DNA from: an uncultured Pseudomonadota bacterium
GTDB taxonomy: Bacteria > Oederibacteriota > Muellerivitia > Muellerivitales > Muellerivitaceae
Direction: 5' to 3'
NCBI GenBank assembly: GCA_963843375.1
Contig: CAWJKT010000004.1
Span: 500,528 to 564,527, forward strand
Length of the DNA stretch: 64,000 bases
This document shows, one piece after another, positions 55,098 to 64,000 of this stretch (positions are counted from its first letter, which is position 1; each line of letters begins with the position of its first letter). Both the position numbers and the translations under genes were made by a program. The notes beneath the pieces are model-generated. The model was not told the origin of the DNA and made no database searches. It saw only the letters and a program-made list of their open reading frames with translations.

Positions 55098-58000
55098 TCA
55101 ACCCGAGGACGCCGCGGTCGGCATCGGCCCGGAATTCGACGCTTCGACGGGCGCCGTGCGCTTCGCGATCAGCGTGAACATCGCTGGCACGAGGAAGAGC
55201 GAGAGCAGCGTCGATGACGTGAGGCCGCCGACGACGGTGAGCGCCAGCGGCTGGTTCGCCTCCGTCCCGCGCTCCAGGCCGGTCGCCGTCGGGACGAGCC
55301 CGATGACCGTCGCGAGGCTCGTCATCGCGATCGGAATGAACCGGATGCGGGCGGCTTCGACGACGGCGTCGAGCTTGGACTCCCCCGCGTTCAGAGCGGC
55401 GGCTCGCCTCGTCGACGAGGAGGATCCCGTTCGACACCGCGATCCCGATGACCATCAGGATGCCCATGAGAGCGATGACCGAGAGCCCCTGGCCCGCGGC
55501 CATCAGCGCGAGGACGATCCCGATGAGGGAGACCGGGATCGCGAAGAGCATCACGAGCGGCAGGCGAATCGACTTGAACTGGATCGTCATGATCATGAAG
55601 ACGACCATCACCGCGAGGCCGAGCGCCGGCGCCGAGCCCGGCGAACGTCGTCTTCATCAGGTCCATCTCGCCGACCCAGCGCCACTTCAGGCCGCTGCGT
55701 CCTCGGGTCGGCGGCGAGCTTCTGCGCGAGCTCGTCGGACGCGCTGCCGACGTCGCGCCCCTCGGTCGCCATGTAGACCTCGGTGACGCGCGTCATGTGG
55801 TCGCGCTCGATGGCGATCGGGCCGGCGGCGCGCACGATGTCGGCGTAGGCGCCGAGCGTGACGGGCCTGGCCTCGGGGGTCACGAGCGCCGGGATCTGCG
55901 CGAGCGCGTTCAAGTCGGCGACGTCGCTTCTCGTCGTAGTAGGTGATGACGTAGTACGCCTGCCCGTTGTGCGGATCGATCCAGACGCTGGGCGTGTTGA
56001 TGTTGCCGAGCGTCGCGTCGAGCGTCGTCTGCGCCGCCTGCCGCGAGCGTGACGCCGACCAACCCGGCCTGGTCGCGGACGCGTGTCGACGTGGATCTCG
56101 GGGTAGTCCGTCTGGAGCTGCACGCGGACGTCGCGCACGCCGCCGACGGTCCGCGCGACCTCCGCGACGCGTCTTGCCTTGCTCCTCGAGCGCCTCGAGG
56201 TTGTCGTTCTGGAGCTCGACGGCGATCGGCGCGTAGTACCCGTTCGAGAAGACGCTCGCGACGAGCCCGCCCGGCCACTGAAGGAACTCGACGCCCGGGT
56301 AGTGCTCGGTCAAGCAGGCGGCGCATCATGTCCGCGATCTGCCTGCTGCGAGTGCTTTCGGTGCTCGGGCTCGACCAGCGCCACGCGGATGAAGCCCATG
56401 TGCGGCCCGTCGTTCGGGCTCGTCATCGCGCTCCGCGCGTTCTCCGGCGACCCTTCGTTCGTGAGGACGAGCGTCGACGTCCCCCTTGGGGAGCTCGCGG
56501 GCGAGCATCTTCGCCATCGCCTGGATCCGCGCGTTCGCCTCGTCGAGCGAGATGCCCGGCGAGAAGCGGACGTAGACGCGCTCCATCGACTCGTCGATCT
56601 CGGGGAAGAACGTGCTCGGCAGGCGCGTGGCCGCCCACCCGCGCCGCGATCGTCACGAGCGCGGAGGCCGCCGACGATCCACCAGCGCGCCGCAAGCGCG
56701 CGCCGCAGAGATGCCGGCGTACCGGTCCGCGACGCGGTCGATGACGCTTGCCGACCCACGCGCCGATCCCGCGCGGCTCCTTCTCGCTGAGGACGTAGCG
56801 CGCCGCCACCGGCGTCACGAACATGCTGACGAAGTACGAGGCGATCATCGCGACGGCGACGGTGAGGGCGAGCGGCGCGAAGAGCTTCTTGGCGAGGCCC
56901 GCGAGCAGGAGCACGGGAAGAAGGACGGCGATCGTCGTCAGCGTCGAGGCGAGAACCGGCAGCGCGACGGCGTTCGTGCCCTCGAGCGCCGCGTGGAAGC
57001 GATCGAGTCCCTTGCTTCTGGTGGCGGTGGATCGACTCGAGCACGACGACCGCGTCGTCGACGAGCCGCCCCATCGCGAGCGTCAGTCCGCCGAGCGTGA
57101 AGGCGTTCAGCGTCTGCCCCGTCGCGTAGAGGACGATGAGCGTGATCGCGAACGAGAGCGGGATCGCGACCGCGACGATGAGCGTGCCGCGCAAGCTCTG
57201 GAGGAAGAGCGAGGATGACGAGCGCGATGAGGACGAGCGCCTGAAGAACCTCGCGCTTGAGCCCCGAGTACGCCGTCTTCACGTACGTCGACTCGTCGAA
57301 GACCGGCTTCACGACCATGCCCGGCGGAAGGTTCTGGAGCCCGGCGATCACCTTCTTCGCCTGCGTCGACGATCTGGAGCGTGTTGCCGCCGGGAACGCG
57401 CAGGACGTTCAGGTAGACCGCGTTCTCGCCGTTCACCGACACCGTCTGCGTCGGCGCGGCGCCGCCGTCCTCGACCCGCGCGACGTCGCGGATGTAGACC
57501 GGGCTGCCGTCGACCTTCTTCACGAGCGCGTCGCCGATCGTCTTGACGCGGCGCGGGACCGCGTCGGTGTAGACGTTGGCGTCGAAGGTCGGGGAGATGA
57601 ACTCTCCCGAGGGCAGGAGCGCGTTCGACTGCGCGACCGCGGCCGAGATGTCCTCGGCCGTCACGCCGCGCGACTGCGCGGCCGCGCGGTCGACGATGAC
57701 GTTGATCTGCCGCTGCGTTCCGCCGTTCGGCGCCGCGCTCGCGACGCCCGGAGATGCCCTCGAGCAGCGGCTCGATGTAGTTCATGCGCGTAGTCGTAGA
57801 GCTGCGGTCCCGTGAGCCCGCCGCCCGAGACGGTCACCTGGAGCACCGGGGCGTTCGTCGGGTCGAACTGGAGGACGAACGGCGGGATGACGCCGAGCGA
57901 CTTCGGCACGGCCGCCATCGCGAACTGCACCTGCTGCTGCACGAGCGTCTGCGCGCGCGTTGAGGTCGGTCCCCCAGTCGAGCCACACGTACGCGATGCT

Positions 58001-58259
58001 GAGGTTGTTCCGCGAGATCGCTCTGGACGTGCTCGACGCCCGGCGTCGCGCTCACGTACTTCTCGATGCGCCAGGTCAGCGTCTTCTCGACGTCCTTGGC
58101 GGCCAGCCCGGGCGCGAGCGTCCCGACGACGAGCACCGGCGGCGTCAGGTCGGGGAACGTGTCGATCGACATGCGCGGCGTCACGACCACGGCGAAGACG
58201 ATCGCCGCGATGCCGAGCATCAGGCTCGCGAGCGGGTTGCGGAGCGACAGGCCGGTCAC
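55098..58259 (-). CDS. RND efflux permease, copy 2 (paralog of 39420-42561); many frameshifts
   Basis: Same motifs in the same order across frames: LRNP, DTFPDL, LNAFTLGGLTLAMGRLVDDAVVVLE, GIAVSNGILLVD, EANQPLA. Confidence 0.9.
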
Positions 58260-59538
58260 AGCGGCCTCCCGTAGCCTCCGCCGCGCGTCCCCGGACCCGC
58301 GTCGTCCTCGGGCGCGCCGCCGTCGGCGCCTCGGCCTCCACGTGCGCCAGGACCCTGTCCCCGTCCGAGAGGAGCGCGCGCCCCTCGGTGACGACCAGCG
58401 AGCCCGCGGGGAGCGCCGCGAGGGCGAAGTAGAGCCCGCCGCCCACCTCGCCGGTCACCGGCAGGGTCTTCGCGTGCGCGACGTCGTGGTCGACGACGAA
58501 GAGCTTCGCCTTGCCCTCGTCCTGCGTCGCCGCATAGATGGGCACCTCCGTCGCGGGGACCGGCTTGCCGACGTCGACGTGGACGATCGCGGTCGTCCCC
58601 ACGGGATACTGCCGCTGCGGGATCGGGCACGTCGACCTCGAAGTGGATCGTGCGCGTCTTCGGGTCGGCCCTGGGCGCGCGGCGCGAGATCGGCGCCGAC
58701 AGGTCGGCTGCCCGTCGCGAGGACGTCGATCTGGACCGACGGTGGAGGGGGCGAGCGCGTCGAAGTCCTTCTCGGGGGCGTCGACCGTCACGCGCATCGT
58801 GTCGCGATCGACGACCGAGACGATGGCGGCGCCGGGGTGGACGAACGCGCCCGGGTCGAAGCTCCGCGTCCCGATCTCGCCGTCGAACGGGGCGCGCAGG
58901 ACGCAGTCGCGCACGTCGAGGGACGTCCTGACGACGTTCGCCTGCGTCTCGAGGAGCTGCGCCGCCTCGGCCAGGCTCACGCGCGGTCTTCTGCTCCACC
59001 TCGTTCGGCGCGACGAAGCCGCCGTCGAGCATCGTCGCGACGCGCGCCGCCTCGTCCGACGCCGCGCGCACGCCGCGCGTCGGCCGCGCGCGCCTGCATC
59101 TCCACGGCGCGCGTCGCGGCGTTCGGGTTGGAGCAGTCGAGCGTCGCCAGGACCTGCCCGCGCTTGACCGTGTCGCCCGGTCGCACGAGCACCGTCGCGA
59201 CGTACGCGGAGATGTACTGAGGGCCGACGCTCGCCTCGACCCACGGCTCCACGGCGCCGACGTAGGTGCGCGTGTCTCGGTACGGCCGCTCCGCGCGGCG
59301 ACGACGGTCACCGGACGCGGGGCGGCTTCGAGCGGAACGTGGTTCACCTGGTGCGAGGCTCGGACGGAGAGCAGAACGACGCCGAGGATGAGCACGCCAG
59401 CGCTGCGCTGATGGCCACGATCGGACGCTTGGGACTCACCGGGCGCTCGCCTGCCGTCGCGGCGCCGCTCGACGGGTCGGGCGGGGGCCGTTTGCCTTCA
59501 ACTCCGGCAGCGGGCGATGCAACTCGGTCGGTGTGCAT
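58256..59538 (-). CDS. RND periplasmic adaptor (MFP), copy 2; frameshifted
   Basis: EPWVEASVGPQYISAYV..VLVRPGD..LATLDC, DCVLRAPFDG, ADPKTRT, VVTEGRALL. Confidence 0.88.
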
Positions 59539-59582
59539 CGCTCAACTTCCGTCGGTCCTTCCGTCGTGGCTGAGCTAGCCTC

Positions 59583-59598
59583 AGCAAGGATCGATCCG
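59583..59598 (-). promoter_or_regulatory. Candidate sigma-54 promoter of the second mfp-rnd operon
   Basis: CGGATCGATCCTTGCT (GG-N10-GC, TTGCT) about 45 bp upstream of ATG 59538. Confidence 0.5.
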
Positions 59599-59801
59599 AC
59601 CCCATGCAACGACGGTTCACTCGGGTTTGTCGACAAGGCGGGACCAGAAACGCCCCGCACGACACTCCTGCCCCGCGCAAATCGCGAACAGTTCGTGGGA
59701 TCGTCTTCGGCGGGGTGGGGCGTCGCGACCGAGTTCTCCCAGGGCCGGGCCGTTGACGCGGGCGCCTTCATGGCCGATGCCCTGACACGGTAAGCTGCCC
59801 G

Positions 59802-62248
59802 TCAGTTTGCTCGGCTCGTCGCGCTGTGGGGAGCGCGGAGGGCGCGCGCGCAGAGGAAGGACTTGAGGAGATCGTTCGGGCCGAGCGAACAACCGCGGCG
59901 TAGCCGAAGATGAACGCGCTCTCGGCGAGCGGGAGCGGCGAGAGCTCGGCGACGCCGTGGAGGCCGATGATCGCTCCGACCGATGGCGGCCGCCGCGAGG
60001 GAGGCCGCGAGCGCGGCGCTGGGACGCGATCTCCAGAACGCGCGGCGCTCGCGCACGGACACGAGGGAGCACAGCGCGAAGAACAGGAAGGTCTGGAACG
60101 TGAACGTCTGGAGCAGGCCGGCGTCGTCGGAGAGACCGAAGCGGCGCCAGCCGAAGGCGAGCAGGCCGAGCGCCTCGATCAACGTCAGCACGCCGAGGAC
60201 GACAGCGACCCTCACCAGCGGGCCGATGTTCCAGGTCTCCGGCTTCTGCGACGGCTCCACGCGATCGGTCGCCAGCGCGATGTGCGTGACGTCGGTGAGG
60301 CAGACGAGCAGCAGCATCACGAGCGCCGAGATGACGAACTTGCCGGTCACCAGGAACGCGATGACGACGAACCCGGCCTTCAGGATGCTTCGGCTGACCT
60401 TGTTGACGATCCACGTGAGCACGCGCTGGTAGGTCGCGCGTCCGTTCTTCACGAGGTCGACGATGTTGACCAGCCCCTCGGTCGTCAGCACCGCGCTCGC
60501 GGCGCCCTTGGCCACGTCGGTGGCGCCGCTGACCGCGATGCCGACCTCCGCCTGGCGCAGCGCCGGCGCATCGTTGACGCCGTCGCCGGTCATGCCCACG
60601 ACGTGGCCGGCCGCCTGCAGGCTCTTGACGACGAGGAACTTGTCCTCGGGGAACACCTCGGCGAAGCCTCCGCCGGCGAGGTCGGCGCGACGCCGGGCGC
60701 CTCCTTCTGCGCGGCGCGCGCGCTCGGGGGCACGGCGGATCTCGCCCAGGCCGAGCACGCGCGCGATCTCGCGCGCGACCGGCAGCGCGTCGCCGGTCAG
60801 CATCTCGACCTTGATGCCGAGCGAGCGCAGCTCGTCGATGAGGCGGCGCGAGTCGGGGCGCGGCGCGTCGTAGAGGAGCGCCAGGCCGCAGAGGCGAAGC
60901 GGCCCGTCGCCGTCGGCGCGCGCCACCGCGAGCGCGCGGACGCCCTTCTGCGCCTCCTCGTCCGCGCGCTTCTCGAGCGCGGCGATTGCCGCGGCGTCGA
61001 GACCCACGGCCTCGGCGACCGTCCGCAGCGCCCCCTTGACCACGCGCGTCTTCTTGCCGCCGATCTCGACGACGGCCTCGGTGCGGCGCGTCTTCGGCGG
61101 AGAACGGCTCGAACGAGACGCGTCTTCGCCGCCGGGTCCTCGAGCTTGCGGTCCTTGGCCGCGCGCAGGAACGCGGCGTCAATCGGGTCCGCGTTGGCCT
61201 CGTTCGACGCGAGCGCGCCGGCTCGCACGACGTCGTCCTCGGTGAAGCCCGGCTGCGGCAGCGCGCCGGTGAGCGACAGCTGGTTCATCGTGAGCGTGCC
61301 GGTCTTGTCGGCGCACAGGACGTCCATGTTGGCCGCGTCCTCGATGGCGCTGAGGCGCGTGATGAGGACGCCGCGGCGCCCGAGCTCCATGGATCCCACC
61401 GCCATGCTCACCGTGAACATGACCGGCAGCGCCACCGGCACCGCGCTCATGAGCAGGACGAGCGCGATGGGCAGGACCTCGACGAGCCGGTGCCCCTGGA
61501 CGAGCGCCGTCACGAACGTCACCGCCGACGAGCGTGCCGACGATGACGAGCAGCCACCTCACGACCCGCGAGGTGACCTCCTCGACGTGCAGCTTCGGGT
61601 GCGCGCCCTCGACGAGCTGCGTGGTGCGGCCGAAGTACGTCCGCGCCCCGGTCGCCACCACGACGCCGGTCGCCTCCCCGTCGCGCACGGTCGATCCGGC
61701 GTAGACCGCGTCGTCGGTCGTCTTGTCGACCTCGCTCGACTCGCCGGTGAGCGCGGACTGGTCGATGCGCAGCGCGCCGTCGAAGAGCTGCACGTCGGCG
61801 GGGACGAAGTCGCCGGTGCGCACGCGCACCACGTCGCCGGTGACGAGCTCGCGCGCCGGCACGGCCTGCCAGCTCCGGTCGCGCAGGACGCGCGCCGTCA
61901 CCTGGAGCTTGCTGCGTAGCGCCTTCACAGCCGCCGACGCGCGCTGCTCCTGGAAGAAGCTGAGGATGGCGTTCGCGACGAGCAGCGAGAGGGCGACCCA
62001 CACGTCGGCGTACTTGTGCAGGAAGAAGGAGAGCACGCGCGATGAGCTCGATCATCCACGCCGAGAGGCCCCAGAACTTCTTGGCGAAGCGAAGAATCGG
62101 GTGGCTCCGCTTCTCCGGGACCTCGTTCGGGCCCTGCTTCTCGAGCCGCGCGTCGGCCTCGGCCTTGGCGAGGCCCGCGTCCCGGTTCGAGCCGAGGGCC
62201 TTCAGTGTTTCCGTGGCCGTCTTGGCCTGTGCAGGGAGGGCGCCCCAT
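59802..62248 (-). CDS. P-type ATPase, plasma-membrane H+-efflux (type IIIA-like); frameshifted, 5' end uncertain
   Basis: GPNEVPE, FWG, DQSALTGES, VPVALP, LCADKTGTLT, KGA, MLTGD, MTGDGVNDAPAL. Confidence 0.9.
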
Positions 62249-62302
62249 AGGTGTTAGCCGAGAACTTGGCCAACATTTCGGCGATGATGCATTGGCATCG
62301 GG

Positions 62303-63052
62303 ATGACAGCGAGCCGTGAATGGAAATCGGACTGGGTCTGGATCGAGCGGGAGCTTCCTGCGGGCTGGCGTGAGCTTGGGGATGCGATGGGACTGCTGCG
62401 TGAGCGGCCGGCGCACATGCAGACCAAGATCCATCGGTACATCGGAGTCGCCCTTCGGCTCGTTCTGCATCAAGCCGGGACGAAGCCGCTGCGCTGCGAG
62501 CGACCACAGCTCTGGCGTCGGCGATCGGCGTGGTGTCGATATCGGCGGTCTCGCTGCACCAGTGGATGAAGAAGCTAGGTCCGTATCTAACGGCATTGCT
62601 TGGGCAGATGGTCCCGACGACGTCGTTCGCCCCCGCGAAGTGGGGAGGATTCCACGTGATCGGCGGCGACGCGACGACGGTGCAACGGCCGGGTAGCAAG
62701 GGAACGACGGCTCGCGTTCACTACGCTCTGAGGCTCGCTGACCTGACACCGCGACACATCGAGGTGACCGACGAGCACGGCGGCGAGACGGCTCGCCGAT
62801 TTCGCGCGGAGAAGGGCGAGCTATGGCTGCTCGATCGTGGCTACGCGAATCCCCCAGGCGTGGCCGCCATTCGCACGCCCGGCGCGCACATCATCGTTCG
62901 ACACAACCGAGGCACGCTCTCCACTTTATGACAAACTAGGGAAGCGTCTCGACGTCACGGCGCTGCTCCGAGACACCACCGACCGCGAGACCGCGCACCA
63001 ACGACGCGCGTTCGTGCACTTCGGCGACGAACGCATTCCGGGTCGAGTCTGC
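62303..63052 (+). mobile_element. IS4-family DDE transposase fragment (frameshifted, 3'-truncated)
   Basis: ELPAGWRE, ISAVSLHQW, GDATTV..PGSKGT..RVHY, LLDRGY, IIVR. It ends at PGRVC, before any Y..RW.IE signature. Confidence 0.75.
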
Positions 63053-63783
63053 GACGAATCCGAGCTGGGAACCGGGGTGACCGTGCTGCTGGTTCCACCA
63101 GCGTCGGGCACGGTGGGAGGGCCGTTGGGGTGATCGCCCACGGCCACCAGAACCGCACCCGGCGTGTCGACAACTGGCCGCCAGAAAAGGTCTTCGGGGT
63201 TGGCTTTGTGCAGCCAGCTATATCCCAGCGCGACGGCAAGCGCGGCTGCGGGAACTAACAGCAGGGCCCAATATCGGCGACCCGAGCGGGGAGTCGCCTT
63301 CGCCGCGGCCGTGTTTCCAGCCAGGGGAACCGGTCCAAACTGGATATGGGCGCTGTGAGTTCCAAACCCAGCATCGGCCGCTTCCGCTTCGGGATCGACG
63401 GGGGCATGGCGCCCCTGGCCTGGATGCGCGAATCTCGGAACGTAAGAGCCGGGCACCAGGTCGATGCGCAACTCGGACCGGTGCTTTTCGTCGACATAAT
63501 AGGTGGCGAGCCGTTTGCGCAGTTCCGTGGCCGCGGTGCGCACAATGTGATCGACGTTGGTGTCGTAATTGGGGTCCCTTTCGAAGACCTCGACGCCGAT
63601 GGTGCGTTCCTTGATCTGATCGGCCGATCCGTTCAGCGTTTGCTCCACTACATATTTGAGAAAAGCCACGGAGCGCTTGCTGGAACGAAAGCCGTCGTCG
63701 CGTACAAGCAGGTCGAGCTGCGCACGAATCATGCTCGCGGTCAGGTCGGGCGTTGCTCCGTACTCGACTTCGGCTTCGATCAT
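63046..63783 (-). pseudogene. 3'-truncated membrane-anchored protein with an N-terminal wHTH-like domain of Acidobacteria/rhizobia type
   Basis: QLDLL...FRSSKR..FLKYVVE..IKERTIGVEVF.R...YD...D.IVR....LRKRL..YY..GSYVP, then a TM and FWRP. The frame runs into the antisense of the transposase. Confidence 0.75.
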
Positions 63784-64000
63784 GCTCTTTCCAGTGACAG
63801 CGATTTTAGCACGCGTTGCGCGCGGTTCGGCGCATCTCTTCGCGGGCGGCCGGGAAGCGCGTGGTTGAGATTGTCCGGGCTAAGCGGCAGCGATTTCAGG
63901 GGTTGCCACGGCCGCCGCTCCGCTTTCGCGACCAAGACCGAATCGTCGCTGGCGCGCGCAGCGGTGCGCCGGAATTTTCAGCGCAGCGGACCGCGTATAA

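Overview
High-GC bacterial DNA with a myxobacterial signature (Polyangiaceae/Sorangiineae-like): Myxococcus-type Cys-rich repeat/fibro-slime protein, many lipoproteins, a MYXO-CTERM-like tail and candidate sigma-54 promoters. 1-25.9 kb holds secreted hydrolases, lipid and redox enzymes, two-component genes, a sugar-type ABC importer and a 42-bp x ~8 tandem repeat. An ISL3 element (25.9-27.3 kb) is followed by a replicon-like module: ParB-like protein with a CopG/RHH-like tail, RepA/AAA_25 helicase ending in a GGAAC palindrome, and ArsR with an operator. 30-62 kb is a transport/envelope-stress region: OmpA, decayed ClC, two USPs, TolC-MFP-RND, HK/RR, chromate transporter, SPFH-Lgt-patatin, a knottin-like Cys peptide, a second MFP-RND pair and an H+ P-type ATPase. 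The window ends in an IS4-like transposase fragment fused head-on to a truncated Acidobacteria/rhizobia-type gene (possible chimeric join). Frameshifts are dense at ~0.6-4.0, 18.3-19.5 and 55.4-62.9 kb and are probably long-read indel errors. No rRNA, tRNA or CRISPR was seen. All family calls are motif recognition by eye, not database searches. No novel system can be proven from sequence alone; the best candidates are the ParB-CopG/helicase/palindrome module, the twin-RND region with Cys-clamped adaptors, the knottin peptide and the S74 lipoprotein.
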